A stretch of DNA of 63,900 nucleotides, counting the filler, from Octopus bimaculoides (lineage: Eukaryota): the NCBI RefSeq assembly GCF_001194135.2. It is 6 parts of 6 records of this genome, joined end to end, with 100 filler letters (N's around TTAATTAATTAA, not from the genome) between each part and the next. Parts side by side here need not be neighbours in the genome. Positions count along the whole stretch, not along the records: positions 12,570 to 31,144 come from NC_068999.1; positions 31,245 to 54,300 come from NC_069010.1; 4 more parts are not named here. One strand, 5' to 3'. The translations under genes were made by a program, and so were the position numbers. This document shows positions 26,996-39,700 of this stretch, piece by piece; position 1 is the first letter of the stretch, and every line of letters begins with the position of its first letter. The notes under the pieces are model-generated. The model saw only the letters and a list, made by a program, of their open reading frames with translations, ran no database searches and had not been told where the DNA came from.

Positions 26996-29356
26996 TGGTA
27001 TTCAGACAACGCCAGATGAAAATTGTTTTTGCGTATTTCCCAGGAGTTTAATGACTTCAGGACTTCGTGTTCCGATAAACGCACTAGAAATGAGAATGAT
27101 TTTATTTTACTTAAATTACTAACTTTGTCTAACCACATCCCAAGATGAAAATGACTGACAGATACACACACAGTACACACACAAACGAAAGACATGATAC
27201 CGCAGCATTTGCAACAGAGATTGTACAAGGAAAAGATTATGAACATCTTCATAAACGAATGATCGAAGAAAAATATTTCGAACCATGTCACCAATGATTA
27301 TGAAGATATTGACCACAGTACTTAATACTAGCACAGTGACAAACATTCAAAGTCATTCATATAGTATGTTGGTTGAACCTAGTCTTCTTTCTGTTGCAAT
27401 ATATAATTTGTGTCTCAGAAAAAAAAGAATTGAAAGTATTTTGTAAAATCAGTGTTTTTAGCCGCAAGCTCTAATTCACAAGAGAGAGGAAGAAAATGTT
27501 TACATGTTAAAGCAACAATAGCGTTGAAAGCGAACTATTATCAAGACAGCAATAAGAAGCATTCACTGAAAGAAATTTCGGGAGAAATGTTTGTTAGTAG
27601 AAAGAGGAAAGATTTATGCTAGCATCTACTGCGCTTTTGAAAACGAGGGCTTGGTTCAACAGCAAACTGAATTGTTTAAATATAACTCCACCCAAACACT
27701 TTTGCCCCACTATATAGGGCAAAGAATTAAAAACGTGGCAATAAAAGAAATTCAATATGATGTGGATCTGTGACCTGCCGTCTCTTTTGTATCGAAGTAT
27801 GGGCGGGTTTTAAAACAGGGCTGAAGAGAAATGACGTTTGAGAAAAAAGTCAAAATGGGTTTCTAAGAACGGATTACCTCCGAATGCTATAAAGCATTAC
27901 GGATGCTGATCCATTTGAGAGTGCTGAGACAAGAGATCTAATTTTGCTGGGGTAGACCAAAATGCCTAGTTGATACACGTGATGTAAGAATAATTTCAAG
28001 ACCGAAAGACTTCCCTTCTGCAAAATGCACATCATTTGAGTTGTCTTCCACAAGACACATTATGAACCATAAGGGGTGAAATCACAATTAGACCTACGTA
28101 CCAGAGTGCTATGGTTACATAGAACTACATGATCCAAATGCTGCTTAAGGGCTCTATTGTCTTACATCTAACCTTTCCCTTGCTGTCTTTACTTCATTAC
28201 CTACCCTTCAAAAAAGTAATTCCATTTAATTCCAAATTCAATTTCATTAGTTTTAAACCCTTCTCTTCTCGTCTTTCCCAGCTTCATTTATTATAGTATT
28301 TTACCTGTGCTACACTTAAATTTTTCCTGCTGGTATGCAATTTACTGCGACGCGCTATCAGTTCACTAAGCTATATGTGTGTGTGTGTGTGTGCGTTTCT
28401 GTATGAGTCTGTTTGCATGCATACATCTCACGATATTATGAATGAGTTGCTCGTTAAAACAGGCTTTGTCACTTATCATTTAAGTATTGAGAAAATAAAT
28501 ACCATTCATGTACTGGAGCCACTTATGTCGATCGCTACATCCGCGTTAATACCATGGTCACAATTCTTTTAAAATCCGTATTATTTTCGTGTTCTTTGAT
28601 ATACAGATTTTGAAAATATACATTTTCTCAAAAATGAATATATGAAGGATAACATAAAAGATATCGATCCTGGTATAATGTGTTTGTCTTTGGTATGATT
28701 TAAGAGAAGAATAGATAACAGGAATATATTTAAATGAATAGAAAATATTAGTTTTAATGTATTAAGAATTATTGTAAAGTCTTGGGGTTTTCCCCGAGTT
28801 CTAAAGCGAACGGAATGGAAGAATACTTCATATATTCTTGTCTAAAACAAAACCATAAAATACACCATTTTGTTCTGTGTTAAGTGCTTTATTTACAAAA
28901 TAAACTTAAACGTAACGAAGTATATTTACTTAGGCCGTAATGAAAATTTTGTCAATTTTCTGGATAATATTTTGTTGAATGTTATGACGAGAGCTTTTGA
29001 ACTAAGTATTAAGGAGGGTTAGAAAAGAAACTCTCTGACGATTTTACTGCGCTGTTTCGAAATCGACTGTTGTAATGTATGCTATCTTATAATGATGAAA
29101 CCAAGAGGCATATGTTATATAATATTATATAAGTTATATTTGTCACTTTATTTCAATACAACACGTTTTTGTTTATTGTGGTGAAGAAAACAAATAATGT
29201 GAGTGTCAACTACCTGTCACAATACTACCACATCTGATTAATGCTATGGATTATTGTGAATCGTTTCATTTTACATTTTAACGTATAAATCTTGCCGACT
29301 TCCGATTGGAATATTTTTGTTAATTTACTTACGTGTTTTTCTCCTTGTCTCCGTAT

Positions 29357-29393
29357 TCTTTCTGTTGAAGAGCGTAGCTCGAAACGTCAAAGA
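29357..29393 (+). ncRNA. Minimal type I hammerhead motif (CUGUUGA core variant)
   Basis: Stem I TCTTT/AAAGA; core CTGTTGA plus A; stem II GAGC-GTA-GCTC; GAAA; loopless palindromic stem III ACGT; triplet GTC. Confidence 0.62.
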
Positions 29394-29481
29394 CTTTCCG
29401 TATTCCCGAGCGTCATACTACTATATACTTTTGTTATTTACACCACCTGTCCTCGTCTGTTGTTATTATTTGTATATTCTC

Positions 29482-29529
<48 letters not shown>

Positions 29530-29719
29530 CATGTATGTACATGCATATGTGTATATACTCAGATACGTACACATACACACACGCACACACAGACACAGAT
29601 ATATATGCATATGTATATGTATATATACATATATACATATATATGTAACATATTTGAGGACAGATATATAACAAATAATAACTTTATTTAGCAAAAAATG
29701 CTATGAGGATAAAAATTAA

Positions 29720-30290
29720 CTTTCTTTTCAATAAACCACCTACAGCTTCAACAACTGCTTCTATATGATATCTAAATCATCTACATGATCGAATCAAGTG
29801 GTCCTGATTCGTTCTGTACATTACTCTGACTATGGCAGCTTTCATAGAATCTTTGGTGTTATGGGCACGTACATTGACCTCTTTTCTCAACAACTGTCAA
29901 CATGTAATAGTTCAATAGGGAATTAGGAGGCCAAATGCTAGGACTTATGTGATCATGAAAATGTTCAGCCATTTATTCCTGTGTTACTAGACCTGTGTGT
30001 GATACTGCAGAATCTTACTGAAACACATATGGCCTTCCATTGCATACAATATCTATCCAGAGCATAATAATTATTTCCAGAGCATAATAATTATTTCCAG
30101 GACCTCAATGCAGGCAGCAGATTTAACGCCAAAGCTTTGTGGAAAGAAGTAGGGATACATTACATGTCCTTCAATGCTGACAACCCCTAAAACCATAACA
30201 GTTGCAGGAAATTTTGTATGCAGCATACAAGAAGGGAGAAGGGAGTTTTTGTATTCACCATAAACATTTATGGACACTTTATAGAAATAC
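29720..30290 (-). mobile_element. Tc1/mariner transposase relic (second family)
   Basis: TKFPATVMVLGVVSIEGHVMYPYFF...GRPYVFQ*DSAVSHT...WPPNSP...HLIRSCR*FRYHIEAVVEAVGGFIE. Confidence 0.88.
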
Positions 30291-30934
30291 TATTGCGTAT
30301 ATTAATAACAATATTGACAATAGATGCAATAGCGGGCAGTGGCTCTGATCTTACCTGATTGGAAGTGTTAACATATACATATTTGGTATTGGTGTAAAAG
30401 ATGGGTGACAATAAATATTTTGCTCAATACCAAAGATTTGACTGTCAGTTGATTGGCCTTAATCAGTTGAGCATGTTCCTTGGTGGCTGACGATATGTGC
30501 ATCTCTGAACATGGACAGGAGTAGTGGGGGAGGATAGCAGGAATGTTACGGGAGTAATTCATTGGACTTTGATTTAATCCACATCTAGAAACATGCATGT
30601 TACTTTCGGCATCTTAAAACGGAATGGCCTACTTAACATGCAGAAAATTGTACGTGTGCATGCTCAAGCGCTGTTTACCAAGATATGTAAACCACCCTGT
30701 CCCCGCACATATGCATGTAATGTATGCGCCCGGTGCATATATAACAGCCGGGTAGTTATGGTGGGCTTATTAGACTTGGTATATTTGTACACCAGCGTCA
30801 CATTGACGCTGTGGGCTGCTAGCTCAACGTACGCCATAAATATAAGACTGCTGAATAATATTATTAATAATAATAATAAACCTTTCTACAGGAGGCGCAA
30901 GGCTTCAAATTTGTTACATCAACCTCAGTGTTTC

Positions 30935-31077
30935 ACTAGTACTTAATTTATCGACCCCGAAATGATGAAAGGCAAAGTCGACCTCGGCGGAATTTGGACT
31001 CACATTGTAACGACCAACGAAATGCTGGCAACCATTTTTTTTCTGGCGTGCTAACGATTCTTCCATCTCGCTGCACC
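30935..31077 (-). mobile_element. SINE family A, partial
   Basis: TATCGACCCCGAAATGATGAAAGGCAAAGTCGACCTCGGCGGAATTTG...GTGCTAACGATTC. Confidence 0.75.
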
Positions 31078-31081
31078 AATG

Positions 31082-31141
<60 letters not shown>

Positions 31142-31244
31142 TTANNNNNNNNNNNNNNNNNNNNNNNNNNNNNNNNNNNNNNNNNNNNTTAATTAATTAA
31201 NNNNNNNNNNNNNNNNNNNNNNNNNNNNNNNNNNNNNNNNNNNN

Positions 31245-32680
31245 GATTGGTGAAAGAATACATATGAGCACGACAATGGCATTCAAAATACTCAGTGCCA
31301 CAAATATACACCCTTGCCTGGTGGGTGCGTGATGTCATCACGTGGCACTTAAAGATTACGTTTTTGAGGAGACAGGAGCCTGCAAGACCGCATATTTCAG
31401 AAGGGTGACAGTTGCAAGTGATTGGGGTTTACTATTAGTAATGTTGATTTTGGTTGGTTTGTTGTTAGTGGGGAGAATTTAAATTAGGATTTATATTAGT
31501 ATTGGATTGGGAAGTTGTAATGGAACTAATATTTGTTGTGGCATAGACAGAGTTGTAGAATGTTGGTTTGAGCTTAGTATTATATAACTGAGGTGGCTTA
31601 TTAAGGTTTGTATTATTGTATTTTTTAGGCTAGCTTGGGATGCACTGCAAGAATTTAGATATTTAGAGGACTGGTGTTGGGGTTTGTTTTTTCCAGGTGG
31701 TTATTATATATCCTAAGTTAGGTGCAGTAGAATAGGAGATCGTCACTGATGATTTGTTAAAGATAGGATAAGATTTATGTTGTGGACAAAAATTGGATTT
31801 TATAATTTTGAAAAATAATTTTGCTAGAGATTTAACCTGGAGCGAGAGTGGTGATACAAGCCATATGATTTTGCCTTCGATTATTTACAATGTGTGGATA
31901 AAGTTCGCTAGTTCGAAAAGGGAGGTTTGCAGCTGTTATAGGCTCGGGGTGGCCAGTGATGCCGTGGAGTCAAGGTGAATTTTTTATGGAGTTGCTGGAT
32001 TGAATTAGTGGAAGAGGTTTGCTATTTCAGTTTTAAGCTTCGTGTTATTGATACAATAGGTTTTTTTGAAGAATCTATTTATTTTGAGGGCCTCATTATA
32101 ATGATATACATGTGACTAGGGTATAAGGGGGTAAGTTTTTGGTGATTAGAGTGGACATTTAAGTATTGGTTGGGCTTATAGAAAGGACGGTATAAGTTAG
32201 TGTTTAGGTAAAGTGTAACGTCCAAACAATTGGTATCAGTTTCGAATGAAATATTTAGGCTGTAGATTTTGAAGAGTTTGTGTAGGGCTGTCATTGTGCG
32301 TTCTACTGAAGGTTGCGTTCATCCAGTTACTGCAAGAAGTGCATAATCCCTCTTTAGTCCATTGGTTATGTTAGGCAAGTATTGTTTAATCTGAAGGGAT
32401 GAGATACAAGCCCACAAGGTTTGTGCGTGGGCGGAATCTGATGAGTCCATTGTTATATCGAAGTAATCCATAGATTCGTTACGCGTTCAATAATTACCCT
32501 TAATTTGAATTAGAATTTTCTTCATTGCCAGAATGGTATTGATATCCGATCTTCGGATGGTAGTATAATTTCGGGCGAATATTAAGGCTTTATCCAAAAG
32601 TATTTGTGATATACTGAAGGGTAATAATTCGACACTGTTTTATAATTTAGAGATGACGAATTATGTACGATATTTAAATT
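31245..32680 (-). mobile_element. Penelope-like element, 5'-truncated RT plus GIY-YIG (unit A)
   Basis: FDITMDSSDSA (FDVTMGSYD-like); LDVTLYLNTNLYRPFYKPNQYLNVHSNH; ISYS..PNLGYII; TCNCHPSEICGLAGSCLLKNVIFKC....VYICGTEYFECHCRAHMYSF (GIY-YIG). Confidence 0.9.
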
Positions 32681-32711
32681 GGACAGGTAGATGTCCTCAC
32701 TTTATTAACAG

Positions 32712-32757
32712 GACACCTGAAGAAGGCTGGAGAGTACCTCATCCGAAACATTGTAGT
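32712..32757 (+). ncRNA. Degenerate minimal hammerhead in a Penelope terminal-repeat remnant (unit A)
   Basis: GACAC CTGAAGA A GGCTG-gagagtacct-CATCC GAAAC ATT GTAGT. The core boxes are intact, but stems I-III carry mismatches. Confidence 0.5.
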
Positions 32758-33679
32758 AGCAACAAACATGTTGAGGACACCTGTCCGTCGACTGTAAATA
32801 TTGTTTTCTACTCTAGGCACAAAGCCCGAAATTTTAGGGGAGGGGCCAGTTGATTAGGTTGACCCCAGGTCGAAATCGGGGGAATTTGAACTCAGAATGT
32901 AAAGATAGACCGTTAAGCATTTTGCCCGACGTGCTAACGTTTCTGCTAGCCTTGTCCATTGTAAATATGGCAATAATTTGATATGTCAAACTGAAAGAAA
33001 TTGGTGCGTTTATGGTGGAAAGAGTGAAACTAAAAATAACGTCTCGAGTGCAATTCCGTGGTGGGATCTCAACGTTATTCCTCACACGGTGTATTATACG
33101 GTCAATAATGCATTAAGTAATTCGACCTAAGCCGGATGGAAAGTCTATAATAGAAGTTCTAACTTCCTCTTCATACCCTTATATGCTACCAAACCATTTA
33201 AGTCCATCCGTTTTTCACTAATTTAAACATTAACTACTTGGACATAAACTAAACCACTTTCTACCACTCTCCACCTTTGATACCATCAGTAGCCTTATGA
33301 TCTTGAAATCTATTTCCTCCATCCTCCTACTATTCTCTCTCTAAACACCCCCAACTCCCCTTCCTAATAGATGTAGCTCTCTATAAACTCAATCAGTCTT
33401 TAACCTCCATCATGTCAACATTTTAAACGTAAAAATCTTTAATACAAAATTCTTCTCCCAACGAAAGAGGTGATGTTATCCAACATTGGACCTTGATATC
33501 TGTCATATATCAGGATCATAAAGATTTGTGAAACGGCCGTAGGACATTTAAAACTCTACTTATTTTATTTGTGATATTNNNNNNNNNNNNNNNNNNNNNN
33601 NNNNNNNNNNNNNNNNNNNNNNNNNNNNNNNNNNNNNNNNNNNNNNNNNNNNNNNNNNNNNNNNNNNNNNNNNNNNNNG

Positions 33680-34830
33680 AACTAATATTTGTTGTCGCAT
33701 AGACAGAGTTGTAGAATGTTGGCTTGAGCTTAGTATTATATAACTGAGGTGGCTTATTAAAGTTTGTATTATTGTATTGTCTAGGCTAGCTTGGGATGCA
33801 GTGCAAGAATTTAGATATTTAGAGGACTGGTGTTGGGGTTTATGTTTTTTCCAGGTGGTTATTATATATCCTAAGTTAGGTGCAGTAGAATAGGAGATCG
33901 TCACTGATGATTTATTAAAGATAGGATAAGATTTATGTTGTGGACAAAAATTAGATTTTATAATTTTGAAAAATAATATTCCTAGAGATTTAACCTGGAG
34001 CGAGAGTGGTGATACAAACCATATGATTTTGCCTTCGATTGTTTACAATGTGTGGATGAAGTTCGCTGGTTCGAAAAGGGAGGCTTGTAGCTGTTATAGG
34101 CTCGGGGTGGCCAGTGATGCCGTGGAGTTAAGGTGAATTTTTTATGGAGTTGCTGGATTGAATCAGTGGAAGAGGTTTGCTATTTCAGTTTTAAGCTTCG
34201 TGTTATTGATATAATAGGTTTTTCGAAGAATCTATTTATTTTGAGGGCCTGATTATAATGATATACATGTGACTACGGTATAAGGGGTAAGTTTTGGGTG
34301 ATTAGAGCGGACATTTAAGTATTGGTTGGGATTATAGAAAGGACGGGATAAGTTAGTGTTTAGGTAAAGAGTAACGTCCAAAAAATTGGTATCAGTTTCG
34401 AATGAAATATTTAGGCTGTAGATTTTGAAGAGTTTGTGTAGGGCTGTCCTTGTGCGTTCTACTGAAGGTTGAGGTCATCCAGTTACTGCAAGAAGTGCAT
34501 CATCCCTGTATAGTCCATTGGTTATGTTAGGAAGTATTGTTTAATCTGGGGGATGAGAAAAAACCTACAAGGTTTGTGCGTGGGCAGAGTCTGATGAGTC
34601 CGTTGTTATATTGAAGTAATTCATAGATTCGTTGCGCGTTCAATAATTACCCTTAAATTGAATTAGAATTTTCTTCATTGCCAGAATGATATTGATATCC
34701 AATCTGCGGATGGTAGTATAATTTCGGGCGAATATTAAGGCTTTATCCAAAAGTATTTGTGATATACTAAATGGTAATAATTCGATACTGTTTTATAATT
34801 TAGAGATGGCGAATGATGTACCATATTTAG
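33680..34830 (-). mobile_element. Penelope-like RT/linker fragment (unit B)
   Basis: Copy of unit A. Here GLYRDDAL of the RT motif is intact, and ORF 33560-33904 gives ISYSTAPNLGYII. Confidence 0.9.
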
Positions 34831-35843
34831 ATTGGACCTATCCGTCGATTGTAAATATTGATTTCTACTCTAGGCACAAATCCCGAAATTTTAGGGGAGG
34901 GGGCCAGTTGATTAGGTCAACCCCAGTACGCGACGGGTAGTTAATTGATCAACCCCGAAAGGATGAAAGGCAAAGTCGAAATCGGCGGAATTTGAACTCA
35001 GAATGTACAGATAAACCGCTAAACATTTTGCCCGACGTGCTAACGTTTCTGCTAGCTCGCCGCCTTGTCCATTGTAAATATAGCAATAATTTGATATGTC
35101 AAACTGAAAGAAATTGGTGCGTTTATGGTAGAGAGAGTGAAACCAAAAATAACGTCTCGAGTGCAATTCTGTAGTGGGAGCTCAACGTTATTCCTCACAC
35201 GGTGTATAATACGGTCAATAATGCATTAAGTAATTCGACCTAAGCCGGATGGAAAGTCTATAATAGAAGTTATAACTTCCTCTTCATACCCTTATATGCT
35301 ATTGAACCGGTTAAGTCCATCCATTTTTCACTAATTTAACCATTAACTACTTGGACATAAACTAAACCACTCTCTACCACCTTCCACCTTTGATAACATC
35401 AGTAGCCTTATGATCTTGAAATCTCTCCTTCCTAATAGATGTAGCTCTCTATAAGCTAAATCAGTCTTTAACCTCCATCATGTCAACATTTCAAACGTAA
35501 AAATCTTTAATACAAAATTCTTCCCCCGAAGAAAGAGGTGATGTTATCCAACAATGGACCCTGATATCTGTCATATATCAGGACCACAAAGATCCCTGAA
35601 ACGGCCGTAGGACATGTAAAACTCTACTTATTTTATTTGTGATATTGTTTTTTTTTCTGTAAGTTGGACTATGTATTCTTAATATCCGAACAGATTTACA
35701 TTTTTTCTTTTCGATTCAATGTATCTTCATATGTAAATGTAAANNNNNNNNNNNNNNNNNNNNNNNNNNNNNNNNNNNNNNNNNNNNNNNNNNNNNNNNN
35801 NNNNNNNNNNNNNNNNNNNNNNNNNNNNNNNNNNNNNNNNNNN

Positions 35844-36970
35844 GTAGAATGTTGGCTTGAGTTTAGTATTATATAATTGAGCTGGCATATTAATGTTTGT
35901 ATTATTGTATTGTCTAGGCTAGCTTGAGATGCAGTGCAAGAATTTAGATATTTAGAGGACTGGTGTTGGGGTTTATGTTTTTTCCAGGTGGTTATTATAT
36001 AGCCTAAGTTAGGTGCAGTAGAGTAGGAGATCGTCACTGATGATTTATTAAAGATAGGATAAGATTTATGTTGTGGACAAAAATTAGATTTTATAATTTT
36101 GAAAATAATTTTGCTAGAGATTTAACCTGGAGCGAGAGTGGTGATACAAACCATATGATTTTGCCTTCGATTGTTTACAATGTGTGGATGAAGTTCGCTG
36201 GTTCGAAAAGGGAGGCTTGTAGCTGTTATAGGCTCGGGGTGGCCAGTGATGCCGTGGAGTTAAGGTGAATTTTTTATGGAGTTGCTGGATTGAATCAGTG
36301 GAAGAGGTTTGCTATTTCAGTTTTAAGCTTCATGTTATTGATATAATAGGCTTTTTGAAGAATCTATTTATTTTGAGGGCCTGATTATAATGATATACAT
36401 GTGACTACGGTATAAGGGGGTAAGTTTTGGGTGATTACAGTGGACATTTAAGTATTGGTTGGGCTTATAGAAAGGACGGTATAAGTTAGTGTTTAGGTAA
36501 AGAGTAATGTCCAAAAAATTGGTATCAGTTTCGAATGAAAATATTAAGGCTGTAGATTTTGAAGAGTTTGTGTAGGGCTGTCCTTGTGCGTTCTACTGAA
36601 GGTTGAGTTCATCCAGTTACTGCAAGAAGTGCATCATCCCTCTATAGTCCATTGGTTATGTTAGGCAAGTATTATTTAATCTGAAGGGATGAGGAACAAG
36701 CCCACAAGGTTTGTGCGTGGGCGGAGTCTGTTGAGTCCATTGTTATATCGAAGTAATCCATACATTCGTTGCGCGTTCAATAATTGCCCTTAAATTGAAT
36801 TAGAATTTTCTTCATTGCCAGAATGATATTGATATCCGATCTTCGGATGGTAGTATAATTTCAGGCGAATATTAAGGCTTTATCCAAAAGTATTTGTGAT
36901 ATACTGACTGGTAATAATTTGATGCTGTTTTATAATTTAGAGATGACGAATTATGTACGATATTTAAATT
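35844..36970 (-). mobile_element. Penelope-like RT/linker fragment (unit C)
   Basis: Third aligned copy of the same segment. Confidence 0.9.
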
Positions 36971-37001
36971 GGACAGGTAGATGTCCTCACTTTATTAACA
37001 G

Positions 37002-37047
37002 GACACCTGAAGAAGGCTGGAGAGTACCTCATCCGAAACATTGTAGT
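37002..37047 (+). ncRNA. Degenerate minimal hammerhead (unit C copy)
   Basis: Identical to 32712-32757. Confidence 0.5.
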
Positions 37048-38161
37048 AGAAACAAACATGAAGAGGACACCTGTCTGTCGACTGTAAATATTGTTTTCTA
37101 CTCTAGGCACAAAGCCGGAAATTTTAGGGGAGGGGCCAGTTGATTAGATCGACCCCAGGTCGAAATCGGGGGAATTTGAACTCAGAATGTAAAGATAGAC
37201 CGCTAAGCATTTTGCCCGACGTGCTAACGTTTCTGCTAGCTCGCCGCCGTGTCCATTGTAAATATGGCAATAATTTGATATGTCAAACTGAAAGAAATTG
37301 GTGCGTTTATGGTGGAAAGAGTGAAACCAAAAATAACGTCTCCAGTGCAATTCCATAGTGGGATCTCAACGTTATTCCTCACACGGTGTATAATACGGTC
37401 AATAATGCATTAAGTAATTCGACCTAAGCCGGATGGAAAGTCTATAATAGAAGTTATAACTTCCCCTTCATACCCTTATATGCTACCGAACCGGTTAAGT
37501 CCATCCGTTTTTCACTAATTTAAACATTAACTACTTGGACATAAACTAAACCACTGTCTACCACTTTCCACCTTTGATAACATCAGTAGCCTTATGATCT
37601 TGAAATCTCCCCTTCCTAATAGATGTAGCTCTCTATAAGCTAAATCAGTCTTTAACCTCCATCATGTCAACATTTCAAACGTAAAAAATTTTAATACAAA
37701 ATTCTTCTCCCGAAGAAAGAGGTGATGTTATTCAGCAATGGACCTTGATATCTGTCATATATCAGGATCACAAAGATCTCTGAAACGGCCGTAGGACATT
37801 TAAAACTCTACTTATTTTATTTGTGATATTGTTTTTTTTCTGTAAGTTGGACTATGTATTCTTAATATCCAAAGACATTTACATTTTTCTTTTCGATTCA
37901 ATGTATCTTCATATGTAAATGTAAATAAATATCTAGCTTGCTTGTCGTTGCTTTACTTATCTAACGGTTTAAGTTCAAATCTCTTCGGCATTTCGAAGTG
38001 TTTCTATATACAGGGAATACCTGTATCTAGTGTACAAAATATTTCGAATTTTTACCACATCATTTTCAAAGCAATTAGTTCTGATGCGAAGTTGCCAACT
38101 GCTGACGATAATCTCATTCATTTTTTCCCCTTTTTTATGGTAATTAATAACAAAGAGTGGA

Positions 38162-38548
38162 GGGGCAATGGCCCAGTGGTTAGGGCTGCGGACTAGCGGT
38201 CATAGGATCGTGGTTTCGATTCCCAAAATGGGCGTTGTGAGTGTTTATTGAGCGAAAACACTGAAAGCTCCACGAGGCTCCGGCAGGGGATGGTGGCGAA
38301 CCCTGCTGTACTCTTTCACCACAACTTTCTCTCACTCTTACTTCCTGTTTCTGTTGTGCCTGTAATTCAAAGGGTCAGCTTTGTCACACTGTGTCACGCT
38401 GAATATCCCCGAGAACTACGTTAAGGGTACACGTGTCTGTGGAGTGCTCAGCCACTTGCAAGTTAAGTTCACGAGCAGGCTGTTCCGTTGATCGGATCAA
38501 CTAGAACCCTCGACGTCGTAGGCGACGGAGTGCCAACAACAACAACAC
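38162..38548 (+). mobile_element. tRNA-derived SINE family C with (ACA)n tail
   Basis: Head GGGGCAATGGCCCAGTGGTTAGGGCTGCGGACTAGCGGTCATAGGATCGTGGTTTCGATTCCC contains A and B boxes. Ends GACGGAGTGCCAACAACAACAAC. A second copy is at 54401. Confidence 0.85.
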
Positions 38549-39006
38549 TAACTAACAAGTTAAAAGTATAAAGTCACGTAACTGTAGTCAAATCAGCGTA
38601 ACGGACAGAGAGAATACGCAGCAGGCTTAGTAATGAGTACTGGGGACGATTTATTCGACTAAAACACTTTAAGGCTGTGCCCCAGCATGGACGCAGCTCA
38701 AAGGATGACAAAAGTAAAGGATTGCTTCCAGCTCTGGTTTAAATTCTACGCCATAAATTAGAATTGACNNNNNNNNNNNNNNNNNNNNNNNNNNNNNNNN
38801 NNNNNNNNNNNNNNNNNNNNNNNNNNNNNNNNNNNNNNNNNNNNNNNNNNNNNNNNNNNNNNNNNNNNAATTGCATGTAACACGGGCAACGCCGGGTATC
38901 TCTGCTAGTATACATATACATGTATATACATATATATACAAATATATATATAGACATATATACATATACACATATATATATATATACATATATATACGTA
39001 TACACG

Positions 39007-39090
<84 letters not shown>

Positions 39091-39501
39091 CACGTATATA
39101 TACATATATATATATATACATATATATACGTATATATACATATATATATGCATATACATACATACATGCACATAGACATTTATACTTACATACATATATA
39201 CATCTCCTCCCTCCATCTGTTCATAAATACTACCAATCCATTCTCAAATTTTCATTCACACCTCAAAATCCATCCTTTCGAATGAACAACACTGATTCCA
39301 TGGCTCCATGCTTTGAAATGACTAAATATCAACTACTATTGGAACTTACACCCCATGTACAGGAAACTTTTTTACCACTTCTATACACCAGTTTCCTCGA
39401 ATAATTGAACTGCAACTACAGTTTCTACTTTCATTCTTTTATTTCCCTTTATATTCCTTATCTTTTCCACAATAATTCGAACTCAAATATTTTATCACAC
39501 C

Positions 39502-39549
39502 GTCTCTGATGAAGGGATAGCCATAATATCCCAGAAACAGCTGTAAGAC
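39502..39549 (+). ncRNA. Minimal type I hammerhead with canonical CUGAUGA core
   Basis: Stem I GTCT/AGAC; CTGATGA; A; stem II GGGATA-GCCATAA-TATCCC; A; GAAA; palindromic stem III ACAGCTGT; triplet GTA. Confidence 0.72.
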
Positions 39550-39567
39550 TATTTCAGTCCTGAGGTG

Positions 39568-39700
39568 GGCACTGTTAATTGAAAAGTTAACTTCGTCAAA
39601 CATTAACCCGTTAAGCAAGAATTTAACTTCGTTAACTGTTAACCCGTTAATTCTTTGAAAATGTAACTGAAGTTTAATCCGTGAACGTTAACTTTTATGG
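39568..39700 (+). mobile_element. Possible DNA-transposon terminus with repeated TTAAC subterminal motifs
   Basis: GAGGTGGGCACT is followed by a dense cluster of GTTAAC/TTAAC motifs, a layout typical of hAT ends. No partner end was found. Confidence 0.35.

Larger units (their letters stand above)
31245..37930. repeat. Tandem array of three ~2.1-2.2-kb units (Penelope fragment, SINE A fragment and unique DNA)
   Basis: Anchor GTCCATTGTAAATA occurs at ~32953, ~35066 and ~37251; anchor AAAACTCTACTTATTTT occurs at ~33550, ~35617 and ~37802. Unit junctions fall in N gaps. Confidence 0.92.

Noticed and set aside
27005-27346. Minus-strand ORFs and a possible terminal exon AFIGTRSPEVIKLLGNTQKQFSSGVV*
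   Set aside because: No recognisable homology and no partner exons; too weak to call.
32425-32470. CTGATGAGTCC... in array units A and B as a hammerhead
   Set aside because: It is the antisense of the Penelope RT motif (FDITMDSSDS), with no valid stems or GAAA box.
38162-38235. tRNA gene
   Set aside because: The tRNA-like head continues into a SINE body shared with 54401, and I could not form a complete cloverleaf.
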